Source of the DNA: Mobula hypostoma
Lineage: Eukaryota
Reading direction: 5' to 3'
Length of the DNA: 64,000 nt
Assembly: GCF_963921235.1 (NCBI RefSeq)
Contig: NC_086097.1
Span: 10,664,001 to 10,728,000, forward strand
Shown here: piece after piece, positions 37,582-50,024 of the stretch
Layout: each line of letters starts with the position of its first letter
How positions within the stretch are numbered: position 1 is the first letter of the stretch
The notes under the pieces: generated by a model
Told to the model about the DNA's origin: nothing
Seen by the model: only the letters and a program-made list of their open reading frames with translations
Databases searched by the model: none
Made by a program: the position numbers and the translations under genes

Positions 37582-38254
37582 AGTTTATTGTATTTTTTAT
37601 GTATTGAACTGTACTGCTGCTGCAAAACAACAAGTTTCATGACATATGTCAGTAATAAACCTGATTCTGAGAAAAGGGGAGTTATATTGCACTTCAATAA
37701 AAGACATGCATGTTTGACACTGTAACGGTGATTTGATTTAATAACCTAGTTACACATGTTATCGTATTTCTTCATTTTTCCGTGCCTTTATCTGGACATC
37801 TAATTCAGGACGCAAGGGACACATGTTGCAGTGCTACTACATGATTTCTGATTAAATTATTTTGTGTTCCTGGATGTTCAAAGTTAAGCAGATGCGACTT
37901 CCCCTCAGATATTAGCAGTATCTCTGAAACCCCCAGCATCATCCACTCAGAAGCAGGGCAGCATCACACTTCCCACCAGAGCATTTTACACCTCTTTACC
38001 TGGACAACACATAGAGGTTTACAACCAAAGGAATGAGCGAAAAAGAAACACTGTGTTCAAACAAGTGATTTATTGAAAGCTGATGTGCATCAGGAGACAT
38101 CCATTCCTCTGTTGCTATGGAAGGCTCTCCCAACCTGGATTATGCAGTCTTATTCCCTTCGGTTTTCCAGATGACTTGGAGGCATGCAAATTGTGAGGTG
38201 CCCACTGCCAACTCATTATAAGGTGTTGGAAAAGTATTATTGCAAATTCCAGAG

Positions 38255-38900
38255 CCATAACTTTCAGCAGCCGGAATGTTCTAATCTTCATCGTTTTCTG
38301 TGGGTGTTCTTCTTATCTTTCTCACTGGTGTCTGAAAACAGGTCAAATTTCTTTAGCCTTCTGAGGAAGAAGAGGCATTGGTGAGCTTTCATGGTTGTGA
38401 TATCAACGCAGGCTGACCAGGAAAGGTGACGTTCACTCCTCAGAAATTGAAGCTGTCATTTCTGTTAACCACAACACCGTAGATGTAGAGAGGAGCATGC
38501 ACTCCAAACCCCTCCTGGAAGTCAATAACCAGTTCTTGTGTTTTGGTGACATTGAAGGAACAGTTGTTGTCATGACACCATGTTACCAGGCTCTCTTCCT
38601 CCTTCCTGTACTCTGACTCATCACTATTTGAGCTACAACCCATTACTGTGGTACCATTTGTAAACTTGTTAATGTGTTAGAGCAGAATCACAGAATAGAG
38701 TAGGGGGCTGATGGCGTCATCTTGTGGACCACCAGTGTTTCAAATAATTGTGGCGAGGTGTTGCTGCCTAACCTTACTGATTGGAGTCTCGGTCAGTAAG
38801 TCAAGGATCCAGTTGCAGAAGGAGAATTGACTCACAAGGACCTGAGTTTAGTGATGAGTTTAACTTGAATTATAATATTGAAGGCAGAGATGAGTTTGCT
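38255..38900 (-). mobile_element. Rex/Babar LINE RT fragment
   Basis: SNSDESEYRKEEESLVTWCHDNNCSFNVTKTQELVIDF; antisense WILDLLT. Confidence 0.85.
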
Positions 38901-38964
38901 TGGAAGTATTGTATTGAGAAGGAAAATAAGGAAAATTCCCTTGCTCTTCTTTGAAATAACATTA

Positions 38965-39565
38965 TGTAACTGGGTCTTGGTTACACTGGCTGCTGAGGTG
39001 TCTAAAATGGCTTTGTATGTTATATAAAATGGCTTTTCTGTAGTAATAACTGTGATGTAAGGAGATCTCTCTCTCTCTCTGCTTGTTTGGGTTATATTAT
39101 TGATAAGGGGAAGAGCAAACCAATGAGTGTTCATGTTATTCATTTTGCGGGTGATATTCTGTCTCATATGACTGGGGACCGTGTGGTTTGGCGGGCTTTT
39201 TGGGCGGAGAAGACGGAGGAAGGTTGTATTCGGAGGCGCTCTGTAGACCACTTAAGGAGTGGTCCCGTGCGGGTCGTTGGAGGCCGAGGACGGAGGGTCG
39301 AGGTTCTGCGGGATGTTGAGCTCCAACGAAACCTTAAGTGCGCCGACTTTTAAAACTCTGTTCGAACTTTGGCGCCTTCCTTTGTTTTATTCTTTTAGAG
39401 TGTATTCTTTGTTAACCGATATTCACAGTAAAATTTATAAAGTGTACGTATTTAACCGCTTATGGTGTTCTGTCTGATCTGTGAATTGTGCGTTTACACA
39501 GCCTCCACATAAACTGGCTTACGTAGTTGTCAGGTTGCGGGGTTGAGGAGCAGGGTTTGTCTATA
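38965..39565. mobile_element. LTR abutting a Gypsy internal fragment
   Basis: Starts TGTAAC; CCAAT at 39120, CpG-rich middle, AGTAAA at 39427, GT-rich end; adjoins the PPT. Confidence 0.65.
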
Positions 39566-40411
39566 GCCCCCACCATATAAAGTCATGTCCTCATGACATT
39601 GAAGGAGTTCACCAATCCTCCTTGCAAAACACAAAACCCAACCCAGATGCATAAAGCAGTGACATAACTTCCCAGGGCAGTAGAGATCCCACCCTGTTCT
39701 CCTGGCGCTACATAGGTCAACCTCTCCGAGGGGTTCCTACTTCTCTGAGACCTCCGTACCTCCTCTGGCAACTCTTCCGGCTCACGTACCACTGGAGACA
39801 CCCCGGGTATACCTGTCGAACCCTCGCCCGCTCCCTCACCGGGACCCCTCGGCAACTCGGAGCCCTCTGTCTCGGGTTCTGGTTCCACCCTCTCTCCTTC
39901 CAAGGCCGGCTGTATCCTAGGCTGCCCCCCAACACTCTCCCTCCTTTCACCTAACTCAGTGGGGGAAGGGTCAGGAGCCTCTTCTTCCGGTACCGGGGAA
40001 TTAACGAATGGAAGCAGGTACCACACTTCCGAATCATCATCTTCCAAATCAGTATCCTTCTTCAGGGCCGCGCACTTGTCAGCCTCCCCCGTCACCCTGC
40101 AGCTCTGTGGAATCCTCGTACTAGGCACAGGCTCCACATCGGGCGCTGGGTCCACCTGCACCTTCTGTCCCTGGGGCAACAGATGAGTGCAATGAAGAAC
40201 CTTGACAAGCCCATTTCCATCCTTTGGTCTCACCCGCTAAACAGGTAGATTCGGCATCTGGTTCTCTACCACATGGGGGTGGCTGTCCAGCGATCCGACA
40301 ACTTGTGCTTACCAGGTAGTCCTAAATTCCGTATGAGGACCTGGTGTCCCAGCATAAGTTGGGCAAACTTCACTTTCTGATCATACCTCCTCTTATTCCC
40401 TTGATTCTGCT
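39566..40411 (-). mobile_element. Gypsy pol 3' end (integrase C-terminal GPY/F region) and PPT
   Basis: GKHKLSDRW..QMPNLPV..RPKDGNGLVKVLHCTHLLP..EEVRRSQRSRNPSERLTY; GGTGGGGG PPT remnant. Confidence 0.85.
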
Positions 40412-41888
40412 TGGTTTACCTAGGTTTATCCATAGCCCTCTATTTTTCTGAGCTCCATGTACATATCAAGGAGTCTCTTGAAAGTCCCTATCATATCTGC
40501 CTCCACCACCACCACCGGCAGCCCATTCCACGCACTCACCACTCTCTGCATAAAAAACTTACTCCTGACATCTCCTCTGTACCTGCTTCCTAGCACCTTA
40601 AAGCTTCCTCTCGTGCTAGCGATTTCAGCCCTGGGAAAAAGCCTCTGACTATCCACACGTCAATGCCTCTCATCATCTTATACACCTCCATCAGGTCACC
40701 TCTCATCCTCTGCCGCTCCAAGGAGGAAAGGACGAGTTAACTCAACCTATTCTCATCAGACATGCTCCCCAATCCAGGCAACATCCTTGTAAATCTCCTC
40801 TGCGCCCTTTCTATGGCTTCCACATCCTTCCTGTAGTGAGGCGACCAGAACTGAGCATAGTACTCCAACTGGAGGCTGACCAGGGTCCTATATAGCTGCA
40901 ACATTACCTCTCGAATCTTAAACTCAATTCCACGATTGATGAAGGCCAATGCACCATATGCCTTCTTAACCACAGAGTCAACTTGCGCAGCAGCTTTGAG
41001 TGTCCTATGGACTCAGACCCCAAGATCCCTCCAATCCTCCACACTGCCAAGAGTCTTACCATTAATACTATATTCTGCCATCATACTTGTCCTACCAAAA
41101 TGAACCGCACACTTACCTAGACTGAACTCCATCTGTCACTTCTCAGCCTAGTTTTGCATCCTATTGATGTCCCGCTGTAACTTCTGACAGCCCTCCACAC
41201 TATTCACAACACCCCCAACCTTTGTGTCATCAGCAAATTTACTAATCCATCCCTCCACTGCCTCATTTACAACACGCCGGAGGAACTCAGCAGGTCAGGC
41301 AGCATCCGTGGAAACAATCAGTCAATGTTTCGGGCCTGAACCCTTCACCAAAACATTAACTGATCGTTTGCACGGATGCTGCCCGACCTGCTGAGTTCCT
41401 CCAGCGTGGTGTAAGTGTTGCTTTGACCCCAGCATCTGCAGAGTATTTTGTGTTTACCTCCACTACCTCATCCAGATCATTTATAAAAATCACGAAGAGA
41501 AGGGGTCCCAGAACAGATCCCTGAAGCACACCACTGGTCACCAACTTCCATGCGGAATATGACCCGTCTACAACCACTCTTTGCCTTCTGTGGGCAAGCC
41601 ACTTCTGGATCCACAAAGCAATGTTCCCTTGGATCCCATGCTTCCTTACTTTCTGAATAAGCCTTGCATGCGATACCTTATCAAATGTCTTGCTGAAATC
41701 TATATACACTACATTTACTGCTCTACCTTCATCAATGTATTCAGTCACATCCTCAAAAAGTTCAATCAGGCTCATAAGGCACGACCTGCCTTTGACAAAG
41801 CCATGCTGACTATTCCTAACCATATTATGCCTCTCCAAATGTTCATAAATCCTGCCTCTCAGGATCTTCTCCATCAATTTACCAACCA
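40412..41888 (-). mobile_element. CR1 RT and 3' fragment (family of 11469-17810)
   Basis: ORFs 41356-41904, 40737-40973 and 40426-40656. Confidence 0.9.
41267..41456. mobile_element. PLE fold-back insertion (inverted pseudo-LTR)
   Basis: 15-bp TSD CCTCCACT(G/A)CCTCAT (41252-41266 / 41457-41471); ~64-bp inverted arms at 41267-41331 and 41351-41414. Confidence 0.9.
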
Positions 41889-42419
41889 ACCAATTGTTCT
41901 CCAAACATTTTGCTGAAGCTTTATTTTGCTAAAATATTGCAAAATTAAGATATTTCTCACTCTAACCGCTGCTGGGAGATGCATAACAATGAATTTGGGA
42001 GTCTATTGGCGTTTCTTTCTGCCTCCTAACATCTTTTAATAACCCATGTTATTAACAAAGTGTTCCTTGTGTTGTAATCTGGCTCATGGAAGAATATTGT
42101 GACTATAAAACATTTACATTACCCAAAAAAAAGATCATTGCCGAAGTTTGTGAATTTTATTGCATCACATGAAAGTTGGAAACATTAAATTGCTTGCTAT
42201 AGGCTGTTCCCAGAAAATGAGCTTTTCAGTTTTCAGAGACATCGTAAGTCAATTTTGTCCGGAAGTTGAATTATACACAAAATCACTCAATTTGTAACCA
42301 CAATATTTGAATGAATAGCGTCTAAAGTATGTAAGACTGAAAAGAAAGAACAATTGCTAAAAGTGGAGGGTTGGAGGAATCTATTTCTGTCACTGGTAGG
42401 AAAGAATAAGTACAAGGAA

Positions 42420-42718
42420 TGAGTTATTACCCCTTAACCATCAGGCTTGAACCAGAGGGGAAAACTTCACTCAACTTCATTTGCCCCATCGCTGAAATGT
42501 TCCCACAACCTATTTATTATTATTATTTCTTTATTTCTTCTTTTGTTTTTTCACACTTTGTTTTCTTTTGCTCACTGGTTGTTCTCTCTGTTGAATGCGG
42601 TCTTTCACTGATGCTATTATGGTTATTGGATTTACTGAGTATGCCCGCAAGAAAACAGATCTCTGTGTTGTATATGGTAGTACAAATGTACTTTGATAAT
42701 GAACTTACTTTGACTTTT
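42420..42718 (+). mobile_element. Rex-type 3' UTR fragment
   Basis: Homologous to the reverse complement of 3990-4330. Confidence 0.7.
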
Positions 42719-43054
42719 ATTGTTGACTGGCTGCAAATACAGTAATATACAACCAAAGGAAACATACATCTGACTTTTCAATTCAATAATATTCCATGAG
42801 CTTGCTCAAAAGTGTCATAAGTCAGGCATTTGTAATCCAGAGATACCCTGTATCTTTACAAAATACAAACCATGAAGCTTTACCCAGATCAGGTACTACC
42901 ATGGTTGTGCTTAGGAAAAAACTATTTGATTTAGCTTGCTAGCTATCCTGTACAGAAGTTTCTTCTTCAGGTACCCACCAGTTGCTTTCAAAGTACAAAA
43001 ATTGCTCACTGGGCAAGCATTTTTCACTTTGGTTTGTTTGAATCCAGCTTAACT

Positions 43055-43378
43055 TGTGATGGAGAAGGCGGCCAGCCCACAGCTGTACTGTTGGTGCTGT
43101 TCTCAAGCGCCCAATCCCACAAAGACAACCTGGATTGCCTTCAGCCGCAGAAGATGAGGAACTGCTGCGTGCTTGTTCTTGCAGGAACATGGCTCCTGGG
43201 CAGTGTCCAATGCACCATCAATCTACAGGCCATACCACTCAGTGACCAGTGCTAATTGTTTGTGGTATGACTCTATAACTCTAATATTATTTTGTTACTG
43301 TATGTGTTATTATGACTACATGTGCCACGTGTGACTGTTGGTACTGTGTTTTACATCTTGGCCCGGGAGGTACAGTTT
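43055..43378 (+). mobile_element. Rex-derived internally deleted element (APE start joined to 3' UTR)
   Basis: LDCLQPQKMRNCCVLVLAGTWL resembles the Rex APE start (..CVL..ETWL); it is followed at once by tail-like GGTACTGTGTTTTACATCTTGGCCCGGGAG. Confidence 0.5.
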
Positions 43379-43379
43379 C

Positions 43380-43605
43380 GGACCACACCACCCAGCAACC
43401 CACCTATTGAACACTAGCCTAATCACAGTACAATTTATAAAGACCAATTAACCTACTACTAAGCCATACGTCTTTGGAATGAGGAAGGAAACTGAAGCAC
43501 CCAGAACAAACCCACTCAATCACGGGGAGAATATGCAAGTTCCTTGAACTCTGGTATGTCTTGAGCTATAATAGTGTTGCACTAACCGCTAAGCGGCAGT
43601 GGCCC
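43380..43605 (-). mobile_element. HE1-like V-SINE
   Basis: CTAGCCTAATCACAGTACAATTTATAA..GGAAACTGAAGCACCCAG. Confidence 0.75.
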
Positions 43606-44269
43606 CATAATAACCCTTTGCCAATTATGATTATGGTCCCTTTGCAATTAATGTTGAATTTCACTCTTCTAAAGCACTAACATACAGCAAATGCTTTGAA
43701 TAGGGGCAAGGTACAATAATTAATCAGTAACATAACCCAACTAATATTCTGGTAAATTTTCATACTGATTAATAGATATTTTCCAAGTTAAGCATTCTAA
43801 TTAAAACCTGTTTTTTTTTTCAAAGCATGACATTGTTCAGTACAATCAAATTAGCAAATTAGAGCTCGTACTGAAAAATATTAATTGTGACAGCAGGAGC
43901 AGAACTAAATAAAAAAGCTCAGAAACCAGGTTAAAAAATATAATTTCATGGGCTGCAAGGAAATTTCAGTAGCCTTGTAATCTTGTTGGAACCTGAAATA
44001 TTTGTGTGAGCTATAAGAGAAGATTGGGTTATCTTTCCCATTGGACAGGTGTGTAACTTGTTTCAAGTGCTCTCATTTCCCACACAACCCTTTGGAAATG
44101 CTCAGCAGCAGGAGGTGGCGTGGAGACAGAAATGTATAAACAATCAGGATTTCAAAGTGAGCAAAGTAAAAATTCAAGGTGTGTTGTAAATTAGCTCCCA
44201 TTAAAATCTGCACCACCTACTAAAATGTACTCACTGAATCTGAATCCGTTCCATTGAGCACATCTACAT

Positions 44270-45511
44270 GAAAGGCTTTCAGAGGAAAGCAGCATCCATC
44301 TCCAGAGATCCCCACCACCCAGGCCACACCCTGTTCTCACTACTGGATCAGGCTGAAGGTACAAGAGCATCACAACGGCACCACCAGTAAGGAACAGGCT
44401 CTAACTCTCAACCATCAGGTGCTTGAATAAATGAAGATAACCACACTCACTTGCCTCATTATTGAAATATTCCCACAACCAGTGACCTCACTTTAAGGAC
44501 TCATTATTTCACTATCTCATGCTCTTGTTATTTATTGCTATTTATTTGTATTTGTATCTGCACAGTTTGTTGTCTTCCACACTCTGGCTGATGTTTCATT
44601 TGTCCTGTTATAGTCAAGTCAAGTCAAGTCACCTGTTATTGTCATTTCGACCATAACTGCTGGTACAGTACACAGTAAAAACAACACAACATTTTTCAGG
44701 ACTGTGGTGCTACATTAACTACACTGAACTACATAAAACTACACAAAACTACACTACCCTACAGACATCAAGGTTGCTGGTGAATGCAGCAGGCCAGGCA
44801 GCATCTCTAGGAAGAGGTACAGTCGACGTTTCAGACTGAGACCCTACATCAGGAGGAATTCTGCAGATGCTGGAAATTCAAGCAACACACATCAAAGTTG
44901 CTGGTGAACGCAGAAGGCCAGGCAGCATCTCTAGGAAGAGGTACAGTCGACGTTTCGGGACAAGACCAACCCAGACCACAGACCAACCCAGAACTGCATA
45001 AATTGCACAAAACAGTGCAGACATTACAATAAATAATAAACAAGACAATAGGCACAGTAGAGGGCAGTAGAGTCCAGGCTCTGGGTATTGAAGAGTCTGA
45101 TTGCTTGGGGGAAGAAACTGTTACATAGTCTGGTCGTGAGAGCCCGAATACTTTGGTGCCTTTTGCCAGATGGCAGGAGGGAGAAGAGTTTGTATGAAGG
45201 GTGCGCGAGGTCCTTCATAATGCTGTTTGCTTTACGAATGCAGCGTGTAGTGTAAATGTCTGTAATGGCGGGAAGAGAGACCCCGATGATCTTCTCAGCT
45301 GACCTCACTATCCGCTGCAGGTTCTTGCGATCCAAGATGGTGCAATTTCCGAACCAGGCAGTGATGCAGCTGCTCAGGATGCTCTCAATACAACCTCTGT
45401 AGAGTAGTTACTACTCTATAGACTTGCTGAATATGCTGACAGGAAAATGAATGTCAGGGTTGTATACTGTGACATATATGTTCTTTGATAATAAAATGTA
45501 CTTTGAACTTT
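44270..45511 (+). mobile_element. Rex-type 3' fragment split by a second, minus-strand Rex (44615-45402)
   Basis: The host rejoins at CCTGTTATAGT|TACTACTC with TAGT duplicated; the insert encodes DRKNLQRIVRSAEKIIGVSLP..FSLLPSGKR. Confidence 0.85.
44765..44960 (-). mobile_element. Tandem PLE pseudo-LTR pair with two GAAACGTCGACT hammerhead halves
   Basis: Direct repeat 44765-44832 / 44889-44955. Confidence 0.85.
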
Positions 45512-46526
45512 GTAATTACTTCAGGCTATGTCAATCCACAGGCAGAGTGCATCTAATATTGTATTTCGAGAGTCATTGTTCGATCCATTGAGACTGAGCA
45601 AATTGGGCCACCACTTTGCATGTAAATAAGGCCATGAGCAAGTGCAGCAGAGTTGGTGTTTAGTTGGTTAAGTACCCTCAGGACAGTCACAGGCAAATTC
45701 AGGTGATGGTCTAGCATTTATAAAAGCCACACCCAGGGAGCTTTAACTATTGTCGTATACCATTTAGCTAGGTCTTCTAATCTACAGTAATAAACTACAA
45801 CAAATTCAGAATGGTTCAAATTATAACCACTTTTATTACTTGCAGGGGAAGATCTACCTCCATATGTTAAATCATTGGAAGGTAGCTTCAACCTAACAGC
45901 TCAGAACAAACCATTTTTATACTTTTGCAGAGACATTAATTTTCATGTTTTTGAGGTCATTCCATCTCATAATCGCATTCCTTCCTCATCTGGATCCGTC
46001 TCTGGTTCCTGGCACCTGTTCTTTAATCAGTCCATTTGTCTTCTGAGGTTTCTTCCCCATGACAGCTGTGTCCTGTTTTTCTCTGTTCTCAAAATATAAA
46101 TACACGCACTGTCATAAAACATACATAGACTCCTTGTAACCCTCCATCCAAACCAATAAAACATTCTGGGATTGCACAGGTCCCATTTTGTCACATTAGA
46201 GTTTACAACAGTTCATGAAGACTTCAGGGTAGATTTCACACTGTATTGTGTTTTGTAATACTACTCATGATGTAGTTAAACTTGTGTAATTGAGAAAAAG
46301 GAATATCACACAAATATTCTGAAGTTTACAGGTAATCGTCATTGTCATATTCTTTTCAAAGGCTAATATAATTTTTCTTTGGATATTCTTTACATATTAC
46401 CTATAAAGCAGCTTTTTGCAAAATATTTCAGACAATACTTTTTCTTTACTAATTATATATGATTCATTCTGCTTTTAAAAACTTTTAGTCCTTGACGAGC
46501 TTTGAAAACTATATAGCATTTATGGT

Positions 46527-46678
46527 AACACACATCAACGAAGGTTAGTCCTGACGAAGGGTCTCGGCCTGAAACGTCGACTGCACCTCTTCCTACAGAT
46601 GCTGCCCGGCCTGCTGCGTTCACCAGCAACTTTGATGTGTGTTGCTTGAATTTCCAGCATCTGCAGAATTCCTGTTGT
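46527..46678 (+). mobile_element. Young minimal PLE insertion
   Basis: Perfect 13-bp TSD TAGCATTTATGGT (46514-46526 / 46679-46691); the 5' AACACACATCAA is an inverted copy of 46632-46643. Confidence 0.92.
46547..46582 (+). ncRNA. Minimal type I hammerhead ribozyme motif (PLE-associated), intact core
   Basis: AGUC-CUGACGA-AGG(GUCUCGG)CCU-GAAA-CGUC^GACU: stem I AGUC/GACU, loopless palindromic stem III ACGU. Confidence 0.8.
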
Positions 46679-47959
46679 TAGCATTTATGGTGTTTCTTTG
46701 AAAAATCTCTAAGCCAATTACATGGTGCATAATTGGAGAAAAAATAGAGAAAATTACTTGTTATTTTTACTTATGATTGCATTGTAATATTTATCATATT
46801 AATGCCCTCAAATTGCAACCTAAAGCAGATCAAAAAGATATTGAAAGAAAACTGTCGATTTGCTCTCTTATGTGGTGTTGGCTGACGAGTAATTTTCATA
46901 ATCACCATTTAATGACTCAATTTACAAAGAGAATAATGGTGAGGATCTCAATGCTCAGTGCTATTATACAGAAAATCTGACAGGAGCTTCTGGAAAATGC
47001 ACATGCATAGTTAACTTAAAAATGAACCATTGACTGAGAGTAATTCTTGCTTCTCTGTAAGACATATGGTTCTGCAGCCCTCTCCAGCAAAAACATGAGA
47101 TGTCAGCACACTCACAAGAGCTTAAGATGTTTACAAGCAACTTTCACTGCAAAAGACCCTGAAAAATTGTATACTTTATTACATGAAGATGTGTCAAATT
47201 GCTCAAAACTGAAATGCTATGCTATAATTTATTTCCAAAAATATTTTGGTACTAAAATAAAATTGATTTTAGATGTATAGATTGCTATTGTCTGAAAAGA
47301 AATTAAATTACTTCAAAATTCAGTAATTGTTCAAGGTCATTGTGATAAATATATTAAAATGGGGAAACTGTGTGTCCTATACACAGATCAGTAAATAAAC
47401 ATTTCAGAAATGTGAAAATGATTGTAAATTAGGCTTAGCATAAGGATGTACAGAATACAACTCTTTTAGTTTAAGAGGAAACATAGGAGGCTTGATTTTC
47501 GTTTTCTCCTTTGAAAATTGATGGTAAGGTTTTTCGGATCTTCTTTGGAGGTACTATATACTTGGTTTGGTTTGGCCTCACCTTAGTATCTTTGCTGCCT
47601 GATCTGTCGAGTCACTCCAGAATTTTGTGTGTGTGGCTCTGGATTTCTAGCATTTGCAGAATTCCTTGTGTCTGGATCACAAAGATAAATGAAAAATTTG
47701 TAAACTGAGTTGCTGTGGGAGACTAGGTACAGCTTAAACAAGTTGGATGTAAATACCTGAGAGAAAGAACCAGGTTTAGTCAGATATCAAAGAAAGGCCT
47801 CAGATACTATGATGGAGGCTGTTTACAAAATATTTTTAGATGCTTCTGGTGGAACAGCGAGAACTTTGCTTATTAATCTCTTTTTGGCTAAATCTCAAAA
47901 ACAAAATACAACTATCTTGACCATGGCATTTCCTGGCATTGCTTCAACACTTTTGATAA

Positions 47960-48249
47960 GGGGTACAATGACAGCATAGCAGTTAATGCAACATTATTAC
48001 AGCCCAGGTCATTGGAGTTCAGAGTTCAATTCCAGAGTCTTCCGTAAGAAAGTTCATACGTTCTTCGCGTGTGCGCATGGGATTCCTCCATGTGCTCAAA
48101 GTTTCTTCCCACAGTCCAAAAACATACCAGTTAATAGGTTAAGTTGTCAGTGTAAATTGTCCTGTGATTGAGCTAGTGCTAAATCAGTGGTTTGCTGGGT
48201 GTCGTGGCTCGTTGGACCAGAAGGGCCTGTTTCACGTTGTGTCTCCAGA
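47960..48249 (+). mobile_element. HE1-like V-SINE
   Basis: GAGTTCAATTCC; CCCACAGTCCAAAAAC; GAAGGGCCTGTTTC tail; homologous to 7292-7574. Confidence 0.8.
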
Positions 48250-48486
48250 TCAGGGGGTGGCATTTCTAGATGCGCGTCAGCAAATATGAAAACCAATGGT
48301 CAGCTAAACCACTCTAGCAATTCATCTTTATACCCCGATGAGTATAGCCTGGTCAGGAACTGATAGTGGGTGGCTACAAAGTCAACAAATCTACAAAGAG
48401 CAGAAGAGATAAGGGAGCAGGCACAGCCAATCACGCAATCATAGAATTGTTTGACTTCCTGCTAACTTCCATATTTCCATTAGAGT

Positions 48487-48722
48487 TGTAGTCATAGAAA
48501 AGTGCAGCACAGAAATGGGCCATTTGGTCCATCCAGTCCATGCTGGAACATTAAAACTGCCCAGTCCCATTGACTACTATCCATGTACCCATCCAAATTT
48601 CTCTTAATCGTTGAAATCGAGCTCACATGAACCACTTGCACTGGCTCTCATGTCCCTCTCATGACCCTCTGAGTGAAGAATTATCCCCCTCATGTTCCCC
48701 TTAAACTTTTCATCTTTAATCC
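48487..48722 (-). mobile_element. CR1 3' fragment
   Basis: CATAGAAAAGTGCAGCACAGAAATGGGCC..CTCTGAGTGAAGAA. Confidence 0.7.
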
Positions 48723-49193
48723 TGGATTGACAGTATGCCCAGGTGCATGCAGGAAATATTTCTGTTCTTTACTGTGTGTCTGCTGCCCAAAGCTTGCAGT
48801 TGATAAAAGGATCTGTGTCAGTCAGCCTCAGGTGCTCTATTCAAAGCTTTATTTAACATACAGATGTCACTGTGAAGAAGAGCATTCAGTGGAGCAAATT
48901 CGTTGTTAATTAGGGAACTTAGTTTGTAAAAGGACATAATCGTACAGAAGGATATAATCGTGCATGTTATTTTCTTCTCAGCATTAATTTGTAGTAATTC
49001 TGGCACTTAATCAAATGGATCAAGAGTGACTTTTAAAGATTATAATCTTGACTGCTGCTATTGTGGAAATTCAGTATCGTGAGCGTGAGGGAAGTGTGTC
49101 TTTCGAACAAGCTGCCCAAGAAGTGCTCGATGCAGGTGCAGTAGTATCGTTTAAGAAAGATCTGGATAGGTACTAATAGATCAGAGCTTAGAG

Positions 49194-49260
49194 CAGGGGC
49201 TCCCAACTTTTTTGATGTCATGGACCAAGGGCTACGTGGACGCCGGGTTGGGAACTCCTG
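49194..49260. mobile_element. 67-bp hAT (Charlie-like) MITE inside a CR1 3' fragment (~49080-49375)
   Basis: TIRs CAGGGGCTCCCAAC / GTTGGGAACTCCTG; perfect 8-bp TSD GCTTAGAG (49186-49193 / 49261-49268). Confidence 0.9.
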
Positions 49261-49557
49261 GCTTAGAGGGATATGAACCAAATGCAGGGAATTAGGACAA
49301 GAATGGTATACACCTTGATCCGCTTGGACATATTGGACTGACGGCTCATGTATATGCCACCTTCCTCTCTGGCTCTATCACCTAAAAACCTGTTAATTGG
49401 ATGACGCTTAGCTGAAGTCCAGTGTAGATGCGAGGAGCTAATTGAATAATCTGACCAAGAGATTCTTGATCAATATTTCTGCACAAATAGAAGAAAAAAT
49501 CCTAGGGCTGTCATCAATTTTTTGCTGTGTTTTCTTTACATTAACACAGTCATCCTA

Positions 49558-49857
49558 CATTATTTCGTTATGTGCCATTTTGTACGTCGTCAGTGATCAC
49601 AGTCTTTCCATGACCATGATTATTCTTTGCAATACATTCTGCAGAAGTAGTTTGCCATTGCTTTTTTCTGGGTAATGTCCTTACAAGACAGATGACCCCA
49701 GCCATTATCAACACTCATCAGAGATCGTCTGCTTTGCGTCAGTGGTTGCATAACCGGGGCTTGTGATCTGCACCGGCTGCTCATACAACTATCCACATGG
49801 CTTCACAGGTGGGAGGGGGTGGGGATAATCAGGTACTTCACATTGCCCAAGGGTGAT
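49558..49857 (-). mobile_element. RTE/BovB-type SINE fragment
   Basis: Minus strand GCAATGGCAAACTACTTC..TTGCAAAGAATAATCATGGTCATGG resembles BovB-mobilised SINE bodies. Confidence 0.6.
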
Positions 49858-50024
49858 TTGTCATGAAGGGGCCATGATCGTTGCCTGTAGGATAGTCTTC
49901 CAGTCTCTCTACATCCTCCATTATCAGAGTTCTTCCCATCCCCCATCTGCTACCTTCCCTGTCGGCTAGGCATTCTGGGTATAACTGTATCTCTCAAGTA
50001 TCTTAGGTGGTAGTTAATAGTGTT

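Noticed and set aside
39583..40233. Pro/Glu-rich 216-aa ORF as a cellular or viral env-like protein
   Set aside because: It is contiguous with the integrase GPY/F region, so it is the low-complexity Gypsy pol tail.
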